Positions 47,443 to 58,900 of a stretch of 64,000 nt of DNA are shown in pieces. A program made the translations under genes and the position numbers. The notes beneath the pieces were generated by a model, which did no database searches, was not told where the DNA came from, and worked only from the letters and a program-made list of their open reading frames with translations. Within the stretch, counting starts at the first letter, position 1; every line of letters begins with the position of its first letter. Source of the DNA: an uncultured Candidatus Saccharibacteria bacterium (GTDB lineage Bacteria; Patescibacteriota; Dojkabacteria; SC72); assembly GCA_964655705.1 (NCBI GenBank), contig CAZZPP010000004.1:15338-79337 (forward strand), written 5' to 3'.

Positions 47443-49144
47443 ATTTCTGTTTTTCTTTAGTTAAATCCTGAAATTCTTTAAAAAGCCTTTCACTTTCTTT
47501 AACATCTCCAATCTCCTCTGCAGATGCTATTCTGATACCATACTCTCGCTCCTCTCTTTGAAAGTACTCCTTTACTATACTATTATATATCCCTTCTAGT
47601 TCATCTATATCACTATCTTCTTTTGAAAAAGAAAAAATACTATTTTCAATTAACTCCTTAAGTATACTATCATTTTCAAAATTCTTTAAGATGTCCTCTC
47701 TTGAGGAGTTTGGATATTTAATAATGAAAGAGAGTATTTCTTTAACCTTTTCATCATGGAAAAATTTGAGTTCAAATTTATGAATATTTTTAAAATTCTT
47801 CTGAAAGAGTACAGACTCAAGGAAAAAGGCCTCTCTTTCAACCTTTTTAGGGGTACCTTCTTCACATGGGGTCCCGTCGCGTGAAACTTCATTTTTCGAG
47901 TAGTTTTTGAAAGCGTCAATTTGTGTTATATTGTAGGCCTTTTTCACATAGAATAAAAGATTTGAACGGCTTTTAACGTGTGATAGCAACGTTTTGACCC
48001 ATGTGACAGTCTTTTGGTACTCTTCATACCTGTTAAGATCTTTGTCACTTATATACTGAGTAAGCAAATAGGTGTACGCATCTATCCTTTTGTTAACAAG
48101 CCTTTTGAAGCCCTTTGGGTTCTCTCTAATCATCTCATCTACGTCTTTGTATGGATTTGTACTACTTGCGTAGGTATTTAGTGATAGCTCTTGAGCTAAG
48201 ATGAAAGCTCTTTCTAGTGCTTTCTGTCCTGGCAGGTCACTATCAAAAAGAAACATGACATTCTTTGTAAGCTTAGATATCTTCTCTAGTTGTTCTTTAG
48301 TGAGTGCTGTACCTAGTGGTGCAACGATATTCTTTATTCCTATCTGATGGGCAGAGATTACATCAGTTGTTCCCTCACAAATAATTATGAGATCATCTTT
48401 TCTGGCCTGTTGTCTTGATTCATACTGGCCATACAGGTTGTCCTTCTTGTGGTATATGGGTGTTTCTGGAGAGTTCATGTATTTGGGACCATACTCGTTT
48501 CCTGGTAGCACTCTTCCAGTAAAAGCTATTACTTTCCCAGATGTAGATCTAATTGGAAACATTACTCTTTTGTAGAATTTTCCTCTTAATTTTCCCTCTT
48601 TCTCAACAAACAAACCCGAACTTAGTAATTCATTTCTTGAGTATTTAGTTTCTTGTTGTAAAAAATTTAGTAACTCTACACCACCTGGAGAGTAGCCTAT
48701 ACCAAATTTTTTAATACTCTCGTTATCTATCCCCCTGTCCTTAACATATGTAAGAACCTCTTTGTAATTATCACTTTTAATTTGTCTGTAGAAAAAGATT
48801 GCAGCCTTCTCGTTAATTTCTTCTAGCCTTTGAAATTGTGTATTCCCTTTTTTCTTTTGTAATGTTACACCTGCCTCTTTTGCAAGTTTTTCAAGTGTCT
48901 CAGGAAAGTCAATATTCTCAATCTTTTGTATAAAGGTAAATATGTCCCCAGACTCACCACATCCAAAGCATTTGTATCTCTGTAATTCAGGACTAACTAT
49001 GAAAGAAGGTGTTTTCTCAACATGAAAGGGACATTTCCCAGAGTAGTTCTTACCAGCCTGCTTAAGTTGAACATATTTCCCGATTACATCTACAACATCT
49101 AATCGATTTCTTATCTCTTCAATCTGATCTCTTGATGATTCCAT
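47420..49144 (-). CDS. dnaG: DNA primase
   Basis: CPFHVEKTPSF, CFGC, RVMFPI, KYMNSPET, CEG..DV, FDSDLPG; ATG 49144 preferred. Confidence 0.96.
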   Translation of the reverse strand: MESSRDQIEEIRNRLDVVDVIGKYVQLKQAGKNYSGKCPFHVEKTPSFIVSPELQRYKCFGCGESGDIFTFIQKIENIDFPETLEKLAKEAGVTLQKKKGNTQFQRLEEINEKAAIFFYRQIKSDNYKEVLTYVKDRGIDNESIKKFGIGYSPGGVELLNFLQQETKYSRNELLSSGLFVEKEGKLRGKFYKRVMFPIRSTSGKVIAFTGRVLPGNEYGPKYMNSPETPIYHKKDNLYGQYESRQQARKDDLIIICEGTTDVISAHQIGIKNIVAPLGTALTKEQLEKISKLTKNVMFLFDSDLPGQKALERAFILAQELSLNTYASSTNPYKDVDEMIRENPKGFKRLVNKRIDAYTYLLTQYISDKDLNRYEEYQKTVTWVKTLLSHVKSRSNLLFYVKKAYNITQIDAFKNYSKNEVSRDGTPCEEGTPKKVEREAFFLESVLFQKNFKNIHKFELKFFHDEKVKEILSFIIKYPNSSREDILKNFENDSILKELIENSIFSFSKEDSDIDELEGIYNSIVKEYFQREEREYGIRIASAEEIGDVKESERLFKEFQDLTKEKQKYEQNSGL

Positions 49145-49170
49145 ACCCAATTATACCAATTTCTGGGGAT

Positions 49171-50106
49171 TTATTCGCATACTAATTCATTATTTACAAT
49201 ATTGCAGGTTACTTGCCCAATACCACTTTGAGCAGAGGAGGCTATCTCAATTTCCTGCTGGTTAACTGTAACGGATGTATTTTGTACTCTTCCTGTTACT
49301 AGTGTAAAGCTATTTAATACAATGTATTCATGCTCAGTATTTGGCTGAAGTACCTGAGATATTTTGTTCTCTCCATCAATATCAAGTTTAATCCAGGAGG
49401 GGGATTGAGATATTGTTAGAGTTAGTAAGAAGTCCTTCTCAACTTCTTCAATTTCATTCTCTTGCTCAATTGGGGAGTAGACGACTTTCAATGTCTTTGT
49501 TGTTACTAATTGAGTGTTTGTTTCTTTCCACGCCTTTATCAATATTGTGTTCACACCCTGTGTTAATTTGTACGATGTCTCAAATTCTCCAATATCATTA
49601 ACATCAACTTGTACACTATTTATTTCTACGATTGTAAGGGACTGTGTACTTCCCTTTATGAGGACTTCTTCTACGGGAGATACATACTCATCTTCTGGCT
49701 GAAGAATTGTTAATACAGGTGGTTTTTGAAATTTGTATATCTGGAACCCAATATATCCAATTACTGAAAGAAGAAAGAGGGAGAGAATGAATATCCCAAT
49801 GAATTTTGGAGATATCTTTAAACGTTCTTTCTTTACTTTACGATTTCTCTTTCTACTAGGTTTCTTCTCTACTGGTTGTGTACTTCTTCTGTAAAGTGCA
49901 AGAATCTTTTGGACATCTAGGCCAAGATATTTTGCATAGATTTTTAGGAAACCTGAGGCAAAGACAGATGAGTCAAACTTCTCAAACTGATTACTTTCAA
50001 TATATTCTAAGTATCTTTTTTGGATTTTAGTATCTAAGGATACTGTACTTAAATTCTTACCAAGAGATTCCCTCTTGTTTTTAATTATTTCTCCTGCGGT
50101 TATCAT
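49171..50106 (-). CDS. RodZ-like HTH membrane protein
   Basis: GEIIKNKRE...GFLKIYAKYLGL, TM, Ig-like and DUF4115-like (SWIKLDIDG) domains; downstream of ftsK. Confidence 0.8.
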   Translation of the reverse strand: MITAGEIIKNKRESLGKNLSTVSLDTKIQKRYLEYIESNQFEKFDSSVFASGFLKIYAKYLGLDVQKILALYRRSTQPVEKKPSRKRNRKVKKERLKISPKFIGIFILSLFLLSVIGYIGFQIYKFQKPPVLTILQPEDEYVSPVEEVLIKGSTQSLTIVEINSVQVDVNDIGEFETSYKLTQGVNTILIKAWKETNTQLVTTKTLKVVYSPIEQENEIEEVEKDFLLTLTISQSPSWIKLDIDGENKISQVLQPNTEHEYIVLNSFTLVTGRVQNTSVTVNQQEIEIASSAQSGIGQVTCNIVNNELVCE

Positions 50107-50127
50107 ATTGTGAAGAGTATATCAAAA

Positions 50128-52338
50128 CTAGAAATCTTCTGATATATCTTCTGAAGATGAGCCTAAGATCTCAGAAGAAGAGGAAACGAGGACATCCCTT
50201 GGTTTCGCTCCATCTTGCTTTCCAACAGCACCACACTTTTCAAGTTGCTCTATTAATCTTGCAGCCTTGTTGTACCCAATACTCATTCTCCTTTGAAGTA
50301 AGGATGCAGATGCTTTCCCTTCTGCAATTACAACATCTAGAGCTTGAGGGAATTCTGGCTCTCTCTCGTCAGATATTCCGTTAGGTCCACCTCCAGTAGA
50401 AACTGCTTTCATGATATCAAGTCTTTCATCCTCCTCTTCATCTACAGACTGGGTTTTAATCTGATTAATAATATCCAAACTATCCTCTGTAGAGATGTAG
50501 CAACCCTGTATTCTAATTGGTTTAGACATTGTTTGATCTTTGTAAAGCATATCTCCATTACCCAAAAGATTTTCGGCACCTGTTTGATCAAGAATTACTC
50601 TTGAGTCCATAGCAGAGGGTACAGCGTATGCAATTCTACCTGCAATATTTGATTTAATTAATCCTGTTATTACAGTTACAACAGGTCTCTGGGTAGCAAG
50701 TATTAGGTGTATTCCTACGGCTCTCCCTAGTTGGGCAATTCTTTGTATTTTAGCTTCTACATCTGGGCCAGCAACAAGCATTAAATCTGCCATTTCATCT
50801 ATTACTATGATGAGGTATGGCATAGCAGGATATCCCATCTTCTGGTTGTATTGAACGATATTCTTTACAAGAACCTGCTTTAATACCCTATACCTCTTCA
50901 TCATCTCTGCAGTAGCCCATTGCAAAGCATTTACAACAAGTTCCATATCATTAATGACGGGGGTTAAGAGATGGGGAATACCGTTGTAAGCTTCCATTTC
51001 AACCATCTTGGGATCAACTAGGATTAACTTTACCTCATCAGGGGTTTTCGTAAGAAGAAGACCTCCTAAGATGGAGTTGATTCCAATTGATTTCCCTGCT
51101 TTAGTCATACCAGCTATTAAGAGGTGAGGCATATTTACTAAATCCCTTACCTCAGGACTCCCTGCAATATCTCTACCAAGGATTAAGGGTAATTCATATC
51201 TATCTGCTTCTGAGAGCAGTTTTTTAGACATCTCTTTCATATATACATAGTTAGGACTCTTGTTGGGTATCTCAATCCCGATATATGAGGTCCCGGGTAT
51301 TGGGGCTTCAATTCTCATCTGTCCTTTGCTTACTTTTAATGCGACCTCAATATCACTACTTTGTCTTTTAACCCTGTTTACAGCAACACCAGCTGGAATT
51401 GCTAATGCATATCGCACGACGGTAGGTCCAATTGTAATTCCTACAACCTTAGCAGGAATCTTGAAACTCTTAAGTACAGACTCAATTACCCTAGCCTCAT
51501 TCTTGTATGCCTCTTTAGGCTGTTCACTTTTTACAGGTTCTTGTAATCTATCAATACTAGGATATTTCCAGTTAAGATATTTAGGTTGAGACGGGGAGGA
51601 AGATATATCTCCTTGAGTAGAATTAATGACTGGGGTAGGGTTAGAAACCGGCCTAGAAACAGGGCTTATCCCAATCTCATCCCTAAGGTTTTCACTATCT
51701 TGTATATGTAATTGATCATCTTTCTCAACTCTTAGATCTCCTTGATCTAAATTATCGTCTTCTCCACTTATGAGCATCTTTCCTTCTCCCATTGAGGTTG
51801 AGAGTCTCTCTGGTAAATCTTTGAAGGAAATTTTAGAGAACAACTGGCCAATCACTTCCGCTATTTGTTTAATTTGGACTCCAGTAATTAGGGAAAATGC
51901 AACAATCAGAAGCAGTATGAGGATGATTAATTCCAAGAAATTCCCTACAGTATCATTAATCCCCCTATGTAAAATCTTACCTAGTGTACCTCCCGCTCTT
52001 TGCAATGTTTGAGTCTCCTCCAAACTCTCTAAGGGTACCCAGAATGTTAAAAGAGCATTAAGGGTAATCGAAAAAAGAAGAAATCCAAAAATCTGAATCT
52101 TTTTACCAAAGTATTTTCCCTGTGTAAGCAGATTAATTGAAGTAATTGTTATGGTAATTCCCCATACAACGCAGGACCATCCTAAAAGAGTAGAGATATA
52201 TACAAAGATTGGGGCATCTTCTTTAACAAAAGGAGTTATTATCAAGGCTATACCCAAAACAAGTAGTACTAGGCCTACAAAGGTCTTGGTTTCAGAACTC
52301 TTAATATTTATTTCTTTCTTTTTCTTTTTTCTTGACAT
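50128..52338 (-). CDS. ftsK: DNA translocase FtsK/SpoIIIE
   Basis: N-terminal TMs, MPHLLIAG, DPKMVE, IDEMADLM, ATQRP, gamma domain ASASLLQRR. Confidence 0.95.
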   Translation of the reverse strand: MSRKKKKKEINIKSSETKTFVGLVLLVLGIALIITPFVKEDAPIFVYISTLLGWSCVVWGITITITSINLLTQGKYFGKKIQIFGFLLFSITLNALLTFWVPLESLEETQTLQRAGGTLGKILHRGINDTVGNFLELIILILLLIVAFSLITGVQIKQIAEVIGQLFSKISFKDLPERLSTSMGEGKMLISGEDDNLDQGDLRVEKDDQLHIQDSENLRDEIGISPVSRPVSNPTPVINSTQGDISSSPSQPKYLNWKYPSIDRLQEPVKSEQPKEAYKNEARVIESVLKSFKIPAKVVGITIGPTVVRYALAIPAGVAVNRVKRQSSDIEVALKVSKGQMRIEAPIPGTSYIGIEIPNKSPNYVYMKEMSKKLLSEADRYELPLILGRDIAGSPEVRDLVNMPHLLIAGMTKAGKSIGINSILGGLLLTKTPDEVKLILVDPKMVEMEAYNGIPHLLTPVINDMELVVNALQWATAEMMKRYRVLKQVLVKNIVQYNQKMGYPAMPYLIIVIDEMADLMLVAGPDVEAKIQRIAQLGRAVGIHLILATQRPVVTVITGLIKSNIAGRIAYAVPSAMDSRVILDQTGAENLLGNGDMLYKDQTMSKPIRIQGCYISTEDSLDIINQIKTQSVDEEEDERLDIMKAVSTGGGPNGISDEREPEFPQALDVVIAEGKASASLLQRRMSIGYNKAARLIEQLEKCGAVGKQDGAKPRDVLVSSSSEILGSSSEDISEDF

Positions 52339-52453
52339 TGTTCTTAGATGACTTAGGTATATATATAATAGAGGAATTTACATCTTTTGACAAAAATTTC
52401 CCACTCATATATTATCCTTTATGTAAAATGATTGCAAAAGCACAAAAAAGCCT

Positions 52454-52482
52454 TTGACTATATTGCTAGAATGTGATAAACT
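52454..52482 (+). promoter_or_regulatory. Sigma70 promoter of rpoBC
   Basis: TTGACT-N17-TAAACT with TG extension; second candidate TTGACA-N17-TATTAT at 52387-52415. Confidence 0.65.
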
Positions 52483-52608
52483 CCCGAGAGTCAGTTAATT
52501 ATTGCTTTAATTAAAGCGGTTAATACAGTATTCCTGAATCATTTTATAGAGTGATTTGGGATTTATCGCTTTGTTGGATGTAATTTATAACCTATAAACC
52601 ACTGTTCT

Positions 52609-55600
52609 ATGATTGAACCCAAGCGAAATAGAGCTTCCAGACTTAATCTGGGGAAAGGTTTCTCCTCATCTTTCGAAGTCCCAAGTCTAATTGAAGCTCA
52701 GAAATCTTCGTTTAAAGACTTTTACGAAGGAGGTTTCCAAAGACTTTTTGAAGAGATTAATCCAGTTAAGGACACTATGGAAAGAATGTGGACCCTGGAA
52801 TTTAAATCATTTAGATATGGAGAACCGAATGGAAGTATAGAGGAGGTAATTGCGAAAGGTCTCTCCTATGAAGTCCCTGTATATGCAACTGTTCAACTCT
52901 TAAACAACAAGACTGGAGAGATTAAAGAACAGGAGATATTTGTTGCAGATCTTCCCATGATGACCGATGATGGTGCATTTGTAGTTAATGGGGTGAGAAG
53001 AGTTGTTACTCATCAGATTGTAAGAGCAGAGGGTGTCCTTTTTGAGGAGGCAGATGTATTGCCTTACAGAACCTTGCATAAGGCAAGATTGATGCCGGGT
53101 AGAGGACCATGGTATGAGATTGAGACGAATAAGTACAATGTAATATCTATGAGGATATTACCTAAGAGACCAAGGGTATTAGTAACTGAGTTTTTGAGAG
53201 TTCTGGGCTACGAGAGTGATCAAGAGATCTTAAAACTTTTCAAAGATGTAGATACTCACCAAGAGTATAAATATATTGAGGCAACGTTAGCGAGAGATTT
53301 TACTAAGAGTAAGGAAGATGCGATCATAAGTATATATAACAAATTAAGGCCTGATGAGTCTGTAACTATCGAGAGTGCTGAAAAATATATTAAAAGTAAC
53401 TTCTTTAACAAGAGAAAGTTTGATTTAGGTAAAATAGGTAGGTATCAGCTAAATAGGAAATTGGGTACATCATATGATGTAAATAATCCTGATGAAGCTC
53501 TCCTGTATCCAGAAGATATAATCCTTATCGTTAAGAAATTAATTAAGATAAATAATGGTGTTGAGCCTGCTGATGATATAGACCACCTTTTCAATAGAAG
53601 GATTAGAAGTGTAGGAGAAGTATTAGAGAGACAGCTCCTTGGTGGAATTAGAAGATTAGAGAAGAATATCAAAGATAAAATGAGTCTTTACGGTCAAGAT
53701 GCTAAGGTTACTCCTTCTATGTTAGTTGGAACTAAACCGATAGCCGCATCAATTCAATCTTTCTTTGGTGCAAATCAGTTGTCTACATTTATGGATCAGA
53801 CTAATATCCTAGCTGAGCTTGAAAATAAGAGGAAGGTTACTGCTGCTGGTCCAGGGGGTATAGTTAAAGAAAGAGCAACCTTTTCTATTCGTGAGGTTCA
53901 TAACTCTCAATATGCGAAATTTGATCCTGTTACAAGTCCGGAGAGTGCAAATATTGGTGTTGTTACGCAACTTTCCATTCTTGCAAAAGTAAATGAGTAT
54001 GGTTTTTTAGAATCACCATACAGAAGGGTTAAAAAAGAGGTTAAGAATTCTAAGGGTGATCTTTTAAACAGGATTTTAGATGAAAATATTAAGGGTATTG
54101 CTAAGAATGGAGAATTGGTTACAAAAGAGATAGCAGACAAGATTAATTCTAAAAAGGAGTTAAAGAGTATTAAAGTTAAGCCATTCATCTCTGAAGAGGT
54201 AGACTATTTAGATGCGCTTGATGAAGAGGAAATGTATATTAGTATTCCTTCAGTTAATACAGATGAGCATAACAATATCCTTGAGGTATTAGTACCAGTT
54301 CGACATGCAGGAGACTTCATTTTAGAGGATGTAAATCTTGTTGATCATGTAGATGTCTTAACATATCAGCAAGCTGGTTTAGGAATGGCTTTAATTCCAT
54401 TTGTTTCCCATGATGAAGCTATGAGGGCACTAGCTGGAGCAAATATGCAGAGGCAGGGTGTACCTTTAGTTAAACAAGAAGCACCATTGGTTGGAACTGG
54501 TGTTGAGGAGATTGTTGCAAGACAATCAAATTGGTGTGTATTTGCATCAGATGATGGGGAGGTTTTGTATGTAGACGCAGACAAGCTTACTGTAAATTAC
54601 AAAAAAAATGGTATTCAGGATTACAGAGTTATTAACTTCTACAGAACAAATGATAATACCTCTTTCTCGCAAAGGGCTGCAGTAGTACAGGGTCAGAAAT
54701 TTAAAAAGGGAGATATCTTAGTTGATGGTCCTACATCTGTTGGTGGTGAACTAGCTATTGGGATTAATTTAAGAGCTGCTTTGATGTTCTACGAAGGGTA
54801 TAACTACGAAGATGCTGTAGTTATCTCTGAAAGAATTGTTAGAGATGACCTACTTACATCTGTACATATTAGAGAGCATAAGGTGGAGGTTCGAGATACA
54901 GAGTTGGGTCCTGAGGTAATTACCGCAGATATTCCTCATGTTAATGACAGGATTTTACAGAAGTTGGATATGGCCGGAATTGTAAGAGAGGGAGTTAAGG
55001 TTAAAGCTGGTGATATCTTGGTAGGAGTCATAGCTCCAAGAGGTGAGAAAGAATTAACAGCTGAGGAAAGGCTCTTACGAGCCATCTTTGGTGAATCAGC
55101 AAGTGATGTAAGAGATAACTCACTTAGATTGCCACATGGAGAGGAAGGAATTGTAATTCATACTCAGAGGCTTTCTGCAGACAAAGGAGACAAATTACCA
55201 CCAGGTGTATTAGAGGAGGTCAAGATTTGGGTAGCAAATACTAAGAAGCTTGGATATGGAGACAAGATATCTGGTAGACATGGAGACAAAAATACTGTTG
55301 CTGCTATCCGTCCAGTTGAAGATATGCCATTTACCGCAGATGGAGAGCCAGTAGATATTGTTCTTACACCTACTTTCCTTAAGAGAATGAATATGGGTCA
55401 GGCAGAAGAAGTTCACTTTGGTCTCTATGCAAAATTGCTTAAAGAAAAATTTGCATTTCCTCTTTTCGAGGATACAAACATGGAATGGTTAGAAAGAGAG
55501 ATGCACAAACAGGGATACAATATTGAGCAGAAAGTAGATCTTTTTGATGGAAGAACGGGGAAGAAATTACCAAGAAAGGTAACTGTTGGAATAAAATATA

Positions 55601-55962
55601 TTCTTAAGTTACACCATATTGCAGATGAAAAAGTACATGCAAGATCTACAGGACCATATACCGCAGTTACACAGCAACCATTAAGTGGTAAGGCTCAAAG
55701 GGGTGGTCAAAGATTCGGAGAAATGGAAGTGTGGGCATTAGAAGCACATGGTGCTCCATATGCTCTTCAAGAGATGTTGACCATTAAATCTGATGATATT
55801 AAGGGTAGATCTGCTGCTTACAAAGCAATAATCCATGGAGAGAAGATAGAGAGTGTAAATGTTCCAGAATCCTTTAAGGTATTAATTAAGGAGTTAAATG
55901 CACTCTGTTTAAATATGGAATTAATTTCAAAAAAATCTCAGGAGGTTTCTGATAATGAATAA
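52609..55962 (+). CDS. rpoB: RNA polymerase beta subunit
   Basis: DDIDH, GANMQRQ, GYNYEDA, HARSTGPY, GGQRFGEMEVWALEA. Confidence 0.99.
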   Translation: MIEPKRNRASRLNLGKGFSSSFEVPSLIEAQKSSFKDFYEGGFQRLFEEINPVKDTMERMWTLEFKSFRYGEPNGSIEEVIAKGLSYEVPVYATVQLLNNKTGEIKEQEIFVADLPMMTDDGAFVVNGVRRVVTHQIVRAEGVLFEEADVLPYRTLHKARLMPGRGPWYEIETNKYNVISMRILPKRPRVLVTEFLRVLGYESDQEILKLFKDVDTHQEYKYIEATLARDFTKSKEDAIISIYNKLRPDESVTIESAEKYIKSNFFNKRKFDLGKIGRYQLNRKLGTSYDVNNPDEALLYPEDIILIVKKLIKINNGVEPADDIDHLFNRRIRSVGEVLERQLLGGIRRLEKNIKDKMSLYGQDAKVTPSMLVGTKPIAASIQSFFGANQLSTFMDQTNILAELENKRKVTAAGPGGIVKERATFSIREVHNSQYAKFDPVTSPESANIGVVTQLSILAKVNEYGFLESPYRRVKKEVKNSKGDLLNRILDENIKGIAKNGELVTKEIADKINSKKELKSIKVKPFISEEVDYLDALDEEEMYISIPSVNTDEHNNILEVLVPVRHAGDFILEDVNLVDHVDVLTYQQAGLGMALIPFVSHDEAMRALAGANMQRQGVPLVKQEAPLVGTGVEEIVARQSNWCVFASDDGEVLYVDADKLTVNYKKNGIQDYRVINFYRTNDNTSFSQRAAVVQGQKFKKGDILVDGPTSVGGELAIGINLRAALMFYEGYNYEDAVVISERIVRDDLLTSVHIREHKVEVRDTELGPEVITADIPHVNDRILQKLDMAGIVREGVKVKAGDILVGVIAPRGEKELTAEERLLRAIFGESASDVRDNSLRLPHGEEGIVIHTQRLSADKGDKLPPGVLEEVKIWVANTKKLGYGDKISGRHGDKNTVAAIRPVEDMPFTADGEPVDIVLTPTFLKRMNMGQAEEVHFGLYAKLLKEKFAFPLFEDTNMEWLEREMHKQGYNIEQKVDLFDGRTGKKLPRKVTVGIKYILKLHHIADEKVHARSTGPYTAVTQQPLSGKAQRGGQRFGEMEVWALEAHGAPYALQEMLTIKSDDIKGRSAAYKAIIHGEKIESVNVPESFKVLIKELNALCLNMELISKKSQEVSDNE

Positions 55963-58900
55963 TCACAATCATAAAAATGCTTTCGAAGATTTTGACGCTT
56001 TAAGACTAACTTTGGCTTCACCAGAGAAAGTCTTGGATTGGTCATATGGAGAAGTTACAAAAGCAGAGACAATCAACTACAGAACATTTAGAGCAGAACC
56101 GGATGGTCTTTTCTGTGAGAAGATTTTTGGTCCTACCAAAAACTATGAATGTTACTGTGGTAAGTACAAGAAGATTAGATACAAGGGGATTGTATGTGAC
56201 AAGTGTGGTGTAGAGGTTACAACTAAGGATGTAAGAAGAGAGAGAATGGGTCATATTAAATTGTCTGTACCTGTTGCTCATGTATGGTTTGCTTACGGTA
56301 TTCCAAACAAAATGTCCATTGTATTAGATATGTCTCACAAAAAACTCCTCTCTGTAATCTACTACACTAGATATATGGTTGTGGAGATTGAGAATGAGAA
56401 GAGAAAAGAGATGATTTCTAAATTAGAGGCTCTTAAGAAAGATGAGATTAACAGTCTGAAGACAGAATTGGAAGAGGAATTAAAAGTAACAGAGGCTATG
56501 TATGATAGTGATTTAAAGATTGCTAAGAAGGAAAAGGGTGGTGCTGATTTCAAAATTAGTCAATTAGAACATAAAAAGAAACAAAGTATAGCCAAGGTAA
56601 GAAAAGATTATGCTGAGAGAGAAGAGGAATTAGATAGTTTCTATTCTAAATTACAATTACTAATTGAAAAGGTTGTTGTAGGATCGGTACTTTCTGAGGA
56701 TGAATATATTGATTTAGAGGATAGGGGCTTACTCTTCTTTACTGCATTAATGGGAGCAGAAGCAATTAAAAAACTTCTAGAAGATTTAGATATTGAGGAG
56801 GAGTTAGGGAAATTAAGGAAGAGTGTAAAGAAAGAGAAGGGTGACAAGAAATTGGCATCCATAAGGAGAATACAATACTTGGAAGGATTCAAATTAAATG
56901 GAATTGATCCCAGTTGGATGGTAATTGAGGTATTACCAGTTCTTCCTCCAGAATTAAGACCAATTATTCCTCTACCAGGAGGTAAATTCGCAACATCAGA
57001 TCTTAATGACTTGTATAGGAGAATTATTAACAGAAATAATAGGTTAGCAAGATTAATAGAGATTGGTGCACCTGATGTAATATTGCGAAATGAAAAGAGA
57101 ATGCTTCAGGAGTCTGTTGATGCGGTAATTGATAACTCCCATAGGCCATCTAAGCCTATGATGAATAGTAAGAGACTACCATATCAATCCCTAACTGACG
57201 ATTTAAGAGGTAAGAAGGGTATATTCAGAAAGAATCTTTTAGGTAAGAGAGTAGACTACTCGGGTCGTGCAGTAATTGTTGGAGATCCAAGTTTGAAATT
57301 AGATCAATGTGGTATCCCTAAGTCCGTTGTTTTAGAAATGTTCAAACCTTTCGTCATACATGATTTACTTGATCAAGAACTTGCTCCAAATGTTAGGGTT
57401 GCAAAAGATATGATAGAGGAAGAAGAGGACATTATTTGGGACATCTTAGAAAAAATTATTGATGGGAAACCAGTCCTTTTAAATCGTGCTCCTACATTGC
57501 ATAAGTATAGTATTCAGGCCTTCTACCCTAAGTTAGTGGAAGGTGAAGCTATTAGATTACATCCTTTGGTATGTAAAGCATTTAATGCCGACTTCGATGG
57601 AGACCAAATGTCTGTTCACGTACTTCTTACAGATGAGGCCGTAGCTGAAGCAAAAAGGGATATTATGGCTTCCAGAAATATTGTAAATATATCTAATGGT
57701 GAGGTATTGGCCACACCTGCAAAAGATATGTTACTTGGTTTCTACCTGATGACAGACAAAAATGAGGTTGAGAAACCAAGGATATTTGCATCTGAGGACT
57801 TAGCGATTAAGGCATATGAGAGAGATATCATTAATATTGATGAAGAGATTTTAGTAAAGATTGGAGATGAGGTAGTTAGTACTTCTGTTGGTAGGTGTAT
57901 ATTCAATAGCATACTTCCAGAAGGATATAAATATGTGAATGAGAGGGTAAACGGAGGGATGATTTCTAAAATAGTTGAGGAAATTAAAGATAGATATTCA
58001 CTGGATGTAGTTGTTGAACTATTGGATAACCTTAAGTTAATGGGTTTTAAGTATGCAACAGATTTAGGGTTTTCGTTTGGTACTGAGGATTGTAAAGTAG
58101 ATTTTGATATTAAGGGGAGAATTAAAGAGGTTGAGGACAAAGATTTACAGCTTCAAGAAAACTATCTCCAAGGATTAATAACTGAAAAAGAGAAGGTAAA
58201 TATCTCTACAGAGATGTGGAATGATTTTGCTTCTGATCTCGCAGATGAAGCATGGGAGAAGTTAGACAAGAATAACTCTGTATTTGAAATGGTTGAATCT
58301 AAGGCTAATGGAGGTAAGATCCAAGCCAGACAGGTGCTTACCATTAAGGGTATTGTTAAAGACTCTAGAGGTAACTCCATACCACTTCCAATTAAGGGTA
58401 ACTATAGGGATGGTCTCAATGCTTTTGAGTACTTTGTTGCAGCTAATGGAGGTAGAAAAGGTATTGCAGATAGATCATTAAGAACATCTTCTTCAGGATA
58501 TTTAACCAGAAAGTTAGTAGATGTAGCTCATGACGTAATCGTTCGTTTAGATGATTGTGGATATGAGGGACAGGGTCTTGCGATTAAAAAGAGTGATGAC
58601 AGGAGAATAAGTTTTGATAAGAGAATTTTCGGTCGAGTTGCAGCCCAGGATGTCGTAGATTCCAAGGGTGAAGTCCTTGTTGAAAAGAATACACATATAT
58701 CTAGGGAGGCATCAGAAAAAATTGTAAACGAAGGAATTGAGGAGGTTTTTGTAAGAACCCCAATACTATGTAAATCTCCACTTGGAATATGTAAGAAGTG
58801 TTACGGATTAAATCTGGAGAATGGCAATGATATTGAGATGGGTAAAGCAGTTGGAGTTATTGCAGCACAATCTATTGGTGAGCCTGGTACACAGATGACT

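Noticed and set aside
47861-47888. parS-like sequence (CGTGAAAC half-site) inside dnaG
   Set aside because: Only one half matches TGTTTCACGTGAAACA; there is no proper palindrome.
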